Assembly: GCA_038238025.1 (NCBI GenBank)
Contig: JBBRYC010000013.1
Coordinates: 6,356-70,355 of the forward strand
DNA from: Chthoniobacterales bacterium
GTDB lineage: Bacteria > Verrucomicrobiota > Verrucomicrobiia > Chthoniobacterales > Chthoniobacteraceae
Direction of reading: 5' to 3'
Length of the DNA: 64,000 bases
Shown: in pieces, positions 47,926 through 56,833 of the stretch
Layout: the number at the start of each line of letters is the position of its first letter
Position numbering within the stretch: position 1 is the stretch's first letter
Program-made: the position numbers and the translations under genes
Notes under the pieces: model-generated
Seen by the model: the letters and a program-made list of their open reading frames with translations, nothing else
Database searches by the model: none
Told to the model about the DNA's origin: nothing

Positions 47926-48717
47926 CTACTTTTGCGCGGCGGGCGCGATGATATCGTCGCCCCACGCGATGGTGATCGTGCCCCATTGCACGGCGTCGCC
48001 GCCCTCGGAAAAATGGAACGCGCGGACGAACGCGGACGCAGCGGCGTCGAGCACATTGTCGCCGCACGCCTGCTGCACAAATGCGAAGCGCGCCTCACCG
48101 GCGCCGTTCACACCGGCGAGGATGATCGTGGGCTGCACGATCGAGGCCGTTTTTTCGCGTGGCGTGAAGGCCGGATGATCCTTTGCACGCGACAGGAGCG
48201 CGTCGGAGAATCGCACCTCCGTCGCCTGCGGAGCAACCACGGCGGGCGTGATTTTTTCCGAAGGCGAGACGCTGCGGATCAGCACGAGGGGATCGCGCGC
48301 CGGGGGAACCTGGAACGTCGGCGGCTCGGGCGGCGCACCGAGCGGCTGTGTGCGGACGATTTGAAACGACGGGCGATAGGTGCCACCGAGCAGGCCCGTC
48401 GGCTCGACAGTCTGCTCTTTTGCCACGAGCGCGGGGTCGTGCGTGGCGATCCACTGGAGCAGCGCGTCGGTCTCGGGATTGCGCTGCGCCGGGTCGGCGG
48501 GCGCGGTGAGAATCTGCACCATCGGCGCCGTGCGGACCGCGCGCGGCTGCGCGGGATCCCTGCCCTGGAAAAGAAAGAACGCGGCACTGTGCAGGAGGAA
48601 CGAGACGAAGATGAAAACCGCGAGCCACCACGAGCTGCCCTCGCGGTCGGCCCATGTGAAAATGACCGGCGTGTCCCGTTCCGTTTCCTGCACGGTATCC
48701 TGCGCCATGGCGTTCAT
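47926..48717 (-). CDS. putative TonB-like energy-transducer protein (assigned by position; weak sequence support)
   Basis: Its ATG overlaps the exbD stop (ATGA). N-terminal transmembrane helix WWLAVFIFVSFLLHSAAFFLF and a Pro-rich stretch PPEPPTFQVPPARDP. The C-terminal domain is not confidently recognised as TonB_C. Confidence 0.6.
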   Translation of the reverse strand: MNAMAQDTVQETERDTPVIFTWADREGSSWWLAVFIFVSFLLHSAAFFLFQGRDPAQPRAVRTAPMVQILTAPADPAQRNPETDALLQWIATHDPALVAKEQTVEPTGLLGGTYRPSFQIVRTQPLGAPPEPPTFQVPPARDPLVLIRSVSPSEKITPAVVAPQATEVRFSDALLSRAKDHPAFTPREKTASIVQPTIILAGVNGAGEARFAFVQQACGDNVLDAAASAFVRAFHFSEGGDAVQWGTITIAWGDDIIAPAAQK

Positions 48718-49118
48718 TTTTTTGGGATGTCGCCCGCGAGGATCACCGAGTAGCTGCGCCGCAGCGCCTCGTCGGCGACGGCGGTGACCCTGCCCGAGGG
48801 CGTGCCGGCGTCGGCCTTGATGATGAGCCATTTTTCCGCGGCCTTGTTTTCGGAAAGATTCGCGAGCAACTCCTCCATCGTCACCTCGCGATCGCGGTGG
48901 TAGATTGCCGGGATCGGGCCGCCGGTGATGGTCACGATCTCCGCATTGCGCTGCGTGCCGAGCGCGAATGACGTGGTCGGCAGGCTCACCTGCACGCCCG
49001 GCGTGAGCGTGAACTTTGACCCGAGCACGTAGAAGACGAGGACAAGCAGGAGCACGTTCAGCAGCGGCGTGATGCCGAACAGCCCGAGGTGAAAATGATA
49101 GCCGCGTTCGAGCTTCAC
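48714..49118 (-). CDS. exbD: ExbD/TolR family biopolymer transport protein
   Basis: The GTG start overlaps the exbB stop. Transmembrane helix ITPLLNVLLLVLVFYVL followed by VSLP...ADAGTPSGRVTAV, as in ExbD. Confidence 0.85.
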   Translation of the reverse strand: MKLERGYHFHLGLFGITPLLNVLLLVLVFYVLGSKFTLTPGVQVSLPTTSFALGTQRNAEIVTITGGPIPAIYHRDREVTMEELLANLSENKAAEKWLIIKADAGTPSGRVTAVADEALRRSYSVILAGDIPKK

Positions 49119-49786
49119 GGTGAGAGCGTTTCCGTGCGGCGCGGCGGCTCGTTGAACTCGATGATGTCGGAGTGCTGCCGGCTTTCCACGAGGAGATTCA
49201 CGACCTCGATCCCGGCGCGCTCCATGTCGTGGATGACCGCGTTTGCGCGTGCGCTGAGATACGCGTAGCCCATGGCGCACGGGATGCACACGGCGAGGCC
49301 CGCGGCGGTGGTGATGAGCGCCTGGTAGATCCCGTTGCCGATCTCCGCTGAACTCGTGAGGCCCGTCGTCGCGGCGATTCTTTGAAAGGCCTCGATCAAT
49401 CCCGCGACCGTGCCGAGCAGCCCGAGCATCGGCGTGAGAAAGGCGAGCGTCGCGAGCATCCCGAGCCGGCGTTCGAGGCGCGGCACTTCGAGCTGGCCGG
49501 CTTCCCCGACGATCTCCTTCAGCTCCGTGCGCGGCGCGCTGTGACGGATGATGGCGGCGTGGACGACGCGCTGCACGGGGCCCTTCGTCGCGGCGGCCTC
49601 GGTCTGCGCCTCCGCGTAGCGCCGGCCGTGGATGAGGTTTGCGAGGCCGCGCATGAATTCGCCGACGCGGACGCTGATGCGGTGGAAATAGATCAGGCGT
49701 TCCAAAAACACGGCGCTTCCGAGCACGCTGCAGACCAGAATGAACCACATGACCGGGCCGCCCTTTTGCATGAAATCGAGGAGCAT
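49115..49786 (-). CDS. exbB: MotA/TolQ/ExbB proton-channel protein
   Basis: GGPVMWFILVCSVLGSAVFLER at the N-terminus. The family core is LGTVAGLIEAFQRIA...ITTAAGLAVCIP. Start taken at M24 of the track ORF. Confidence 0.88.
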   Translation of the reverse strand: MLLDFMQKGGPVMWFILVCSVLGSAVFLERLIYFHRISVRVGEFMRGLANLIHGRRYAEAQTEAAATKGPVQRVVHAAIIRHSAPRTELKEIVGEAGQLEVPRLERRLGMLATLAFLTPMLGLLGTVAGLIEAFQRIAATTGLTSSAEIGNGIYQALITTAAGLAVCIPCAMGYAYLSARANAVIHDMERAGIEVVNLLVESRQHSDIIEFNEPPRRTETLSP

Positions 49787-49872
49787 GGCGCGGATTCTAC
49801 GCGCTGCGGATTGCATGGCGAAAGGATGAAGTTTCGATTTCGCGCCGCGCCGCATCCGCGTATGAACGGCGC

Positions 49873-50376
49873 GTGCGAATCATCGCGATCGATCCATCAC
49901 TGCGCTGCACCGGCTTTGCCCTGCTGGAAAAAATCTCCGGCAATGTGCGGACGATCGAATACGGCGTGGTGAAAAATCCGCCGAAGCTGCTGCCGAGCGG
50001 ATGCCTCGTGGCGATCCGTTCGCGCATCGCGGAACTCATCGCGCAGCACGGGCCCGAGTGCGCGGTGATCGAGGGCGTGATTTTTGTGCAGAGCCACCGC
50101 ACGGCGATCACGCTCGGCGCGGCGCGCGGTGCGGCCATCCTCGCAGCGGCGGAGCGCGGGCTGCCGATCTACGAATATGCGCCGCGCCGCGTAAAGCAGA
50201 GCGTCGTGGGACAGGGCGGCGCGCAGAAGCAGCAGGTCGGCTTCATGGTGCGCGTGCTCCTCGGGCTGAAGGAAACTCCGCCGCCGGATGCTGCGGACGC
50301 GCTCGCGATCGGCCTCACGCATTTCCAAACGGCGGAAAGCGCGCGACACGGTGCAGTCGTGCTGGAGCGGATATGA
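49873..50376 (+). CDS. ruvC: crossover junction endodeoxyribonuclease RuvC
   Basis: Motifs IIAIDPSLRCTGFA, VIEGVF-type segment, YAPRRVKQSVVGQGGAQKQQV and DAADALAIGLTH. Confidence 0.92.
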   Translation: MRIIAIDPSLRCTGFALLEKISGNVRTIEYGVVKNPPKLLPSGCLVAIRSRIAELIAQHGPECAVIEGVIFVQSHRTAITLGAARGAAILAAAERGLPIYEYAPRRVKQSVVGQGGAQKQQVGFMVRVLLGLKETPPPDAADALAIGLTHFQTAESARHGAVVLERI

Positions 50377-51002
50377 ACGTGCGCTGGCTCGGCAGGATCA
50401 GCTACGGCGACGCGCTCGCATTGCAGGAAGATATCGTCGCGCAAAAAGCGGAGAATCTCGATGCGCCGGATGAATTGCTGCTGCTGGAGCATGATTCCGT
50501 TTTCACGATCGGGCGCACGAATGATCACAGCTCGCTGCGTGATCCTGCGGCGCTGCCCGCGCCGCTCATGGCGATCAACCGCGGCGGCCAGGCGACGTGG
50601 CACGGGCCGGGACAGCTCGTCGGCTACCCTCTGCTTGATTTGCGAAAGCGCGGCTCTGACCTCCACCGCTACCTGCGCGACCTTGAGGAGTTTTTGATTT
50701 CGCTCTGCGCGGAGTTCGGTGTCGCAGCGTCGCGACAGGAAGGACTCACGGGCGTGTGGGCTGGCGGGAAAAAAATCGCGAGTCTCGGCGTCGGCGTGCG
50801 GCGGTGGATCTCGATGCACGGCTTCGCGCTGAATGTGTGCGGCCCGCTCGATGGCTTCGCGCACATCACGCCGTGCGGTATCGCCGGAGTCGAAATGACG
50901 AGCCTCGAGCGCGAGGGTGCGGCGGGCGTGACCATCGAGGGTGTCGCCGCAAGAGCCGCGGAGCGGATGCCTGGATATTTCACGAATCGTACGGCTTCGT
51001 GA
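50373..51002 (+). CDS. lipB: lipoyl(octanoyl) transferase
   Basis: Motifs LLLLEHDSVFTIGR, INRGGQATWHGPGQLVGYP, KIASLGVGVRRWISMHGFALNV and HITPCG. Its ATG overlaps the ruvC stop. Confidence 0.9.
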   Translation: MNVRWLGRISYGDALALQEDIVAQKAENLDAPDELLLLEHDSVFTIGRTNDHSSLRDPAALPAPLMAINRGGQATWHGPGQLVGYPLLDLRKRGSDLHRYLRDLEEFLISLCAEFGVAASRQEGLTGVWAGGKKIASLGVGVRRWISMHGFALNVCGPLDGFAHITPCGIAGVEMTSLEREGAAGVTIEGVAARAAERMPGYFTNRTAS

Positions 51003-51120
51003 AAACCGTAGGCGTGGATGCGCCACTTGGAGCGCCGACATTCCTGTCGCCGCTCCCGGTGCCGACATCGCCGTTGGCAAAGCTGTGCCGCGCTGTTCTA
51101 CTTGCGCGAATTTCCTCCCG

Positions 51121-52185
51121 ATGAATACCGACACCGACTCTCCGCCGCCCCCACCCATCGCAGTCGCTCCGGACGAAAAGGCGGAGGTGTTCCGCGAGGG
51201 CGATGTGCAGGCGATCGAGTATTTCAAGGAGGCGCACGCACTGCTGCGGCATCAGATCGGGAAGGTGATCGTCGGTCAGGATCTCGTGATTGATGAACTG
51301 CTGATCGCCATTTTCACGAAGTCGCACGCGCTGCTCGTCGGCGTGCCGGGGCTGGCGAAGACGCTGCTCATCTCGACGCTCGCGCAGGCGCTGAATTTGC
51401 AGTTCAAGCGCATCCAGTTCACACCCGATCTCATGCCGAGCGACATCACGGGCACCGAGGTGATCCACCACGATCCCGCGACGGGCGAGCGCGCGTTCAA
51501 GTTCCTGCCGGGGCCGATTTTTGCGAATGTGATCCTCGCGGATGAAATCAACCGCACGCCGCCGAAGACGCAGGCGGCGATGCTGGAGGCGATGCAGGAA
51601 AGGAAGATCACCGTCGGTGGAGCGGATCACAAATTGCCCGATCCGTTCTTCGTCCTCGCGACGCAAAATCCCGTCGAGCAGGAGGGCACGTATCCGCTGC
51701 CCGAGGCGCAACTGGACCGGTTCATGTTCATGATTTACGTGGACTACCCGAGCGCGGACGAGGAGTTGGAAATCATGCGGCGCGGCACCGGCGGCAAACC
51801 GGCGACGGTGCGGCAGATTCTCGGCAATGAGCACATCCTCTACCTGCAAGGCACGGTGCGGCGGATGCCGGTGGCGGAGCACGTCTTCCGGTACGCGCAG
51901 AAGATCGTCGCGGCGACGCGGGCGAAAAGCCCGCAGGCGCTGGACTTTTGCAAGAAGTGGATCTCGTGGGGCGCAGGGCCGCGCGCCTCGATGAATCTGA
52001 TCCTCGCGGCGAAGGCGCACGCGATCTTGCGCGGGCAGGTCTATGTGGGCTGCGAGGATGTGGCCGCAGTCGCGCCGAGCATCATGCGGCATCGCATCAT
52101 TCCAAATTTTGCGGCGCAGAGCGAAGGGGTGACGAGTGACATCATCACGCGGATGATCCTGGATAAGATTCCGAAGGATGAGTGA
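51121..52185 (+). CDS. MoxR-family AAA+ ATPase
   Basis: Walker A variant LLVGVPGLAKT, the motif IQFTPDLMPSDITG, and Walker B ILADEINRTPPKTQAAMLEAMQE. Confidence 0.92.
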   Translation: MNTDTDSPPPPPIAVAPDEKAEVFREGDVQAIEYFKEAHALLRHQIGKVIVGQDLVIDELLIAIFTKSHALLVGVPGLAKTLLISTLAQALNLQFKRIQFTPDLMPSDITGTEVIHHDPATGERAFKFLPGPIFANVILADEINRTPPKTQAAMLEAMQERKITVGGADHKLPDPFFVLATQNPVEQEGTYPLPEAQLDRFMFMIYVDYPSADEELEIMRRGTGGKPATVRQILGNEHILYLQGTVRRMPVAEHVFRYAQKIVAATRAKSPQALDFCKKWISWGAGPRASMNLILAAKAHAILRGQVYVGCEDVAAVAPSIMRHRIIPNFAAQSEGVTSDIITRMILDKIPKDE

Positions 52186-52221
52186 CGCGGTGACGCACTT
52201 GGAGCGGCGAAACCGCTTCCC

Positions 52222-52408
52222 GGGTGGAGCACGCGACTCGCGTGCCGTCTGCGGCGACTCGCCGCAGACACCCGCAGGATCGGTGTTTGCAGTTTGATAT
52301 TCGGATCACCCGCAACGTTCCAAATCTGCGCACGCAGCCCGCATCGTGGCACCGTCGGGTGTTTCCGGCGAGTCGCCGGAAACAGCACGCGAGTCGCGTG
52401 CTCCACCC
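52222..52408. repeat. 187-bp MITE/REP-like element, copy 2 (inverted relative to copy 1)
   Basis: Same 26-bp TIR with one mismatch. The interior is the reverse complement of 28243..28429 with about 3 mismatches in total. Confidence 0.9.
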
Positions 52409-52432
52409 GGAAGAGGCTCGGCGGCTGCCCTG

Positions 52433-53248
52433 TCAGCAGCCGAAGGTCTTGCGGAGGTAGTCGCGGCTGCGTGTGGCGATGGCTTCCGGGCCTTCGTCGA
52501 AGTTGAAGACCTCGACTGAGACGGTGCCGTCGTAGCCTGCGTCGCGCAGCGCGGCGGCGATGGGCGCGAAGTCCATGTCGCCGAAGCCGGGGCCTTTCAG
52601 ATTCGGATCGTTTGCGTGGAAGTATTCGAACTTGCCCGCGCTCTCGCGGATGATTTGCGGGATCGGGGTGGGCTCGGAACTCATCGCTTTCACGTCGAGA
52701 ATGATGCTCATCGCCTTGCTCGCAAACTGCGCGGCAAAGCGGCGTCCCTCGGCGGCGGTGTTCACAAAATTCGTTTCGCTCGGCGCGAGCGGTTCGAAGC
52801 ACAGAACGACTCCGCGTTCCTCCGCGCGGTTCACTGCGGCGCGGAAGACGTCCGTGGCCCACGCCCACGCCTGCTCATACGTCACGCCGTCCATGAGGTT
52901 CCGCTGCTTCGGCGAGCCGACGACGATGCGCGTGCCACCGAGGTCCGCGCAGCAGTCCACGAGTTCGACAAAATAGTCCGACGTGCGAGAGCGCACCGCG
53001 GCGTCGGGATGCGTGAGGTAGATGCCTTCCGTCTGCACGAGCACCCAGTGCAAGCCGCTGATGCCGATGCCGATTTTCGCGGCGAGCGCGCGGATGCGGG
53101 CGCGTTCGGCGGCGGAAATATCGGTCACCGATTTCGCGACGGTGAATGGCGCGATTTCCACGAAGTCGTAGCCTGCCTTTTTCGCGAACGCGAAAGTGTC
53201 CTCGAGCGACCAGTCCTTGAAAATCTCGTTGCAGATTCCGAATTTCAT
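52433..53248 (-). CDS. sugar phosphate isomerase/epimerase (xylose-isomerase-like TIM barrel)
   Basis: The 271-aa C-terminal part of track ORF 52433..54109, starting at MKFGICNEIF. Motifs GYDFVEIAP, LCFEPL and FHANDPN. Confidence 0.88.
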   Translation of the reverse strand: MKFGICNEIFKDWSLEDTFAFAKKAGYDFVEIAPFTVAKSVTDISAAERARIRALAAKIGIGISGLHWVLVQTEGIYLTHPDAAVRSRTSDYFVELVDCCADLGGTRIVVGSPKQRNLMDGVTYEQAWAWATDVFRAAVNRAEERGVVLCFEPLAPSETNFVNTAAEGRRFAAQFASKAMSIILDVKAMSSEPTPIPQIIRESAGKFEYFHANDPNLKGPGFGDMDFAPIAAALRDAGYDGTVSVEVFNFDEGPEAIATRSRDYLRKTFGC

Positions 53249-53352
53249 CCGCGCAGAATGGCGTGTGCGCGGCGCGCGGGGGAAGGGGAAAGTTGAGAGG
53301 GGATGAAGCCGTGTAGAAAGATCCGCCAAGACTGCACAAGAAGACAGAGCGA

Positions 53353-53545
53353 TGCATTTCCCGGGTGGAGCACGCGACTCGCGTGCTGTTTTCGGCGACT
53401 CGCCGAAAGCACCGGACGGCGCCACGATGCAGGCGGCGTGCGCAAATTTGGAATGCGCCACGCAGATCGAAACGCAAGTGACGCACGCCGATCCGGCGAG
53501 GTGTTTCCGGCCAGTGGCCGGAAATGGCACGGGAGTCGCCGCTGC
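53353..53545. repeat. 187-bp-family element, copy 3 (diverged; same orientation as copy 1)
   Basis: The left TIR GGGTGGAGCACGCGACTCGCGTGCTG is intact. The interior is recognisably homologous (..CCACGATGC.GGC.GCGTGCGCA.ATTTGGAA..). The right end is decayed. Confidence 0.8.
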
Positions 53546-53553
53546 GCGGCGGT

Positions 53554-54084
53554 TCAGCGGATCCCGCGCGCGATGTATTCGCGCGAGAGTGTGACGTAGC
53601 GATCCGCCCACACGCGGATGCCGGCCTGCTCCTCGGCGTCGAGCGTGCGGACGACCTTTGCGGGCGTGCCGAGGATGAGCGAGCCGGGTGGAAAAATCTT
53701 TCCGCCGGTGACGACCGCACCCGCGCCGATGATCGAGCGCGCGCCGATTTCCGCGCCGTCGAGGACGATCGCGCCCATGCCCACCAGCACCTCGTCGCCG
53801 ATTTTGCACGCGTGCAGGATGGCCTTGTGGCCGACGGTGACGAGTTCGCCGACCTCGGTGCCAAACGCATCCGCGAGATGGATCACCGCACCGTCCTGGA
53901 TGTTCGAGCGCGGGCCGATGACGATGCGATGGATGTCCCCGCGCAGGACGCACTGGTACCACACGCTCGACTCCTCGCCGAGCGTCACGTCGCCGATGAT
54001 GCTCGCGTTTGCCGCGGTGAAAGCCGTGGGGTGAATGCGTGGCGAAGTGCCGAGGTGATGCGTGATCCGCTGTTGAAAATCCAT
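53554..54084 (-). CDS. gamma carbonic anhydrase family protein (hexapeptide-repeat)
   Basis: Left-handed beta-helix repeats: IGDVTLGEESSVWYQCVLRGD, IGPRSNIQDGAVIH, VGHKAILHAC and IGAGAVV. Confidence 0.9.
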   Translation of the reverse strand: MDFQQRITHHLGTSPRIHPTAFTAANASIIGDVTLGEESSVWYQCVLRGDIHRIVIGPRSNIQDGAVIHLADAFGTEVGELVTVGHKAILHACKIGDEVLVGMGAIVLDGAEIGARSIIGAGAVVTGGKIFPPGSLILGTPAKVVRTLDAEEQAGIRVWADRYVTLSREYIARGIR

Positions 54085-54314
54085 GCGCAGATGCTGTGCT
54101 TCGCGGCATGAAAAATCAACGATGGATGCGGCGCGCTTTTCCAGCAATTCCGGCACGTTTTCTGAGCGGAAACCGGGATGCACCGGGACACGGCGGAAGG
54201 TTTTTTGGAAACCCATTGACTCGCTGATTTTCGGGTGACACACAGCGGCCCGAATCCGAACGGCAGATTCATTTCGCAAAACCATCCCCCCCCCACCCAT
54301 AACTCATCATTCCC

Positions 54315-54590
54315 ATGAACAAGGCAGAACTCGTTTGCAGCGTGCAAAAAAATCTCGGCAAAGACGTGAGCAAGGCCGCCGCGGAAAAGGCCGTGAATGC
54401 CGTCGTGGAATCCATCGCGGCGACGCTGCGAAAGGGGAAGAATGTGCAGTTGATCGGGTTCGGCACGTTCAAGGTCGTGCATCGCAAGGCGCGCATGGGC
54501 GTGAACCCGAAGACGGGCGAACCACTGAAGATCAAGGCGTCGAAGTCGGTGAAATTTGGCGTGGGGAAAGAGCTGAAGTCGAAGCTCTGA
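54315..54590 (+). CDS. hup: HU family DNA-binding protein
   Basis: MNKAELV...GFGTFKVVHRKARMGVNPKTGEPLKIKASKSVKF. 91 aa. Confidence 0.93.
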   Translation: MNKAELVCSVQKNLGKDVSKAAAEKAVNAVVESIAATLRKGKNVQLIGFGTFKVVHRKARMGVNPKTGEPLKIKASKSVKFGVGKELKSKL

Positions 54591-54617
54591 GACGCAATGC
54601 GGGCTGGGCGGTTGTTC

Positions 54618-54738
54618 TTTTTGAAACGCAGAGACGCAGAGACGCAGAGGCTGTGAAAACGAGGGTGATGCGACGCGCCGAACGTCGCTGTGGATTTCGT
54701 GATGTTCTTCTCTGCGCCTCGGCGTCTCCGCGTTTCAA
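54618..54738. repeat. hairpin element with (CGCAGAGA)n arms, second copy of the 11817 family; likely terminator of the HU gene
   Basis: TTGAAACGCAGAGACGCAGAGACGCAGAGG pairs with CTCTGCGCCTCGGCGTCTCCGCGTTTCAA. It starts about 28 nt after the HU stop. Confidence 0.85.
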
Positions 54739-54802
54739 CAATGAACCTGCAATTCATTGTCGCTGCTAAGAAGCGCGTGGCCCCGCAGTTCCCCTCTCTG
54801 CC

Positions 54803-56341
54803 ATGAATTCTCCACTTTCCCGCGGTGTGTCCGCACTCGCCGCGCTGTGCTTCGCGACCTCCGTTTCATTTTCCGCCGCGCCGCCGAAGAAGGAGGAGGT
54901 GGAGGATCCGAATGCGCCGGTGAGCTATTTCAAAAAGGTGCGGCCGGTTTTGCAGGCGAACTGCCAGGGGTGCCATCAGCCGGCGAAGGCGAAGGGCGGG
55001 TATGTGATGACGGATTTTGCGAAGCTGCTGCGCGGGGGCGATGATGCGGAGAAATCGGGCGCGGCGATCGTGCCGGGGCAGCCGGACAAGTCGCATCTCG
55101 TCGAACAAATCACGCCGGTGAAGGGCGAGGCGGAGATGCCGCCGAAGAAGGCGCCGCTCGCGGAGAAGGACATCGCGCTCATCAAGCGCTGGATCGCCGA
55201 GGGTGCGAAGGACGACACGCCCCAGAATGCGAAGCAGCGGTTCGACGCGGAGCATCCGCCGGTTTATTCGCGGCCTCCGCTGATCACTTCGCTCGATTTT
55301 TCTCCCGATGGATCGCTGCTCGCGGTCGCGGGATTTCACGAGGTGCTGCTTTGGAAAAGTGATGGCAGCGAGTTGGTCGCGCGGCTCGTGGGTTTGTCGG
55401 AGCGAATCCAGTCGGTGCGATTTTCACCCGATGGGAAGAGGCTCGCGGCGGGCGGCGGGCGTCCGGCGCAGATGGGGGAGATTCAGATTTGGGACGTGGA
55501 GAAGCGGAAGCTGCTGCTCAGCGCGCCGCAGGGATTTGACACCGTGTATGGCGCGAGCTGGTCGCCGGATGGGAAGCTCGTCGCATTCGGCTGCGCGGAC
55601 AAGACGGTGCGCGCGATTGACGCGGAGTCGGGCAAGCAGGTGCTCCAGCAGGCTTCGCACGACGACTGGGTGCTCGGCGCGGTCTTCACCGGCGACGGAT
55701 CGAAGCTCGTGAGCGTGGGCCGCGACATGACGGCGAAGCTCACCGAGGTCGCTACGCAGCGGTTCATTGACAACCTCAGCAGCATCACGCCCGGCGCGCT
55801 GCGCGGCGGATTGCAGGCGGTCGCGCGGCACACGAAGCGCGATGAGTTTCTCGTCGGCGGCGCGGACGGCGTGCCCCAGGCGTATCGCATCGAGCGCAAG
55901 GTGCAGCGGCGCATCGGGGACAACGCGCTGCTCATCCGCCGCTGGCCGGCGATGGAAGGGCGCATCTACTCGGTGGCGTTCGCGCCGGACGGGAACTCGT
56001 TCGCCGCGGGCAGTTCGCTCGACGGCAAGGGCGAGGTGAATTTCTACAACTACGACTTCGACACCACGATGCCCGCGAACATCCTCGCCATCGAGGGCAA
56101 GGCCGGGCGCAGCGACGCGGACAAGAAGACGCTCGACGCGCACTACACGAGCAACGTGAAGCTGCTCGCCGGCGCGAAGTTCGACGCCGGCATCTACGCC
56201 GTGAGCTACAAGCCCGACGGCACGCTCGCCGCCGCCGCCGGCGAGGACGGCAAGGTGCGGCTCATCAATCCCAAGGACGCGAAGGTCGTGAAGGAATTCG
56301 TGCCGGTGACGGTCGGGCCGGCGACTGCGGCGGCGCATTGA
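54803..56341 (+). CDS. PSCyt1 (planctomycete cytochrome-c-like) domain plus WD40 beta-propeller protein
   Basis: Signal peptide, then VRPVLQANCQGCHQP..KGGY and MPPKK..L...I..WI. Repeated WD-like blades follow (FSPDG.., WSPDGK.., FAPDGN.., YKPDGT..). Confidence 0.88.
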   Translation: MNSPLSRGVSALAALCFATSVSFSAAPPKKEEVEDPNAPVSYFKKVRPVLQANCQGCHQPAKAKGGYVMTDFAKLLRGGDDAEKSGAAIVPGQPDKSHLVEQITPVKGEAEMPPKKAPLAEKDIALIKRWIAEGAKDDTPQNAKQRFDAEHPPVYSRPPLITSLDFSPDGSLLAVAGFHEVLLWKSDGSELVARLVGLSERIQSVRFSPDGKRLAAGGGRPAQMGEIQIWDVEKRKLLLSAPQGFDTVYGASWSPDGKLVAFGCADKTVRAIDAESGKQVLQQASHDDWVLGAVFTGDGSKLVSVGRDMTAKLTEVATQRFIDNLSSITPGALRGGLQAVARHTKRDEFLVGGADGVPQAYRIERKVQRRIGDNALLIRRWPAMEGRIYSVAFAPDGNSFAAGSSLDGKGEVNFYNYDFDTTMPANILAIEGKAGRSDADKKTLDAHYTSNVKLLAGAKFDAGIYAVSYKPDGTLAAAAGEDGKVRLINPKDAKVVKEFVPVTVGPATAAAH

Positions 56342-56371
56342 CCTCAGCGACGCTTTGAATAGAATCTGCCC

Positions 56372-56566
56372 ATGTCACTGGCGCAGCTAAAAGATCAGGC
56401 AGCCCATCTCGGGCTGCTCGAACAGCGGGAGCTGATCGCATTTCTCATTTCCCGGCAGACCGAGCAGGACGCGGAGTTCAAGCAAACACTGGCGCAAAAA
56501 ATCGACGACAAGGATTCATCGCACTGGGTTGAACTCGATGAACTCAAGAAGCGCTTTTCTGAGTAG
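56372..56566 (+). CDS. putative antitoxin (small acidic helical protein upstream of a RelE/ParE-like toxin)
   Basis: 64 aa, 8 nt upstream of the toxin gene. The call rests on position and size. AT-richer than the flanks. Confidence 0.6.
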   Translation: MSLAQLKDQAAHLGLLEQRELIAFLISRQTEQDAEFKQTLAQKIDDKDSSHWVELDELKKRFSE

Positions 56567-56574
56567 CCTGACTG

Positions 56575-56829
56575 ATGGACTACCGCCTGCTTGTGGATTT
56601 GGAGGCGATTGCCGTCCTCGATTCCATCCCGAAGCGGGTGCGGACACGGCTGCTCGATCATTTCACCAGATTGCGTTCAACGCCGGATCGATACTCGGAC
56701 TACCATGAGCAAGACAGGACTGGCCGCCGCGTGGAGATCAGCGTGTTCGCCGGATACTCCATCCACTACTGGATTGATTTTGCGGACCGGCACATCAAGG
56801 TCTTGGCGATTAAACCTGCGGACCGTTAG
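56575..56829 (+). CDS. RelE/ParE family type II toxin
   Basis: 84 aa. The C-terminal pattern ISVFAGYSIHYWIDFADRHIKVLAIKPADR is typical of the ParE/RelE fold. Confidence 0.72.
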   Translation: MDYRLLVDLEAIAVLDSIPKRVRTRLLDHFTRLRSTPDRYSDYHEQDRTGRRVEISVFAGYSIHYWIDFADRHIKVLAIKPADR

Positions 56830-56833
56830 CACC

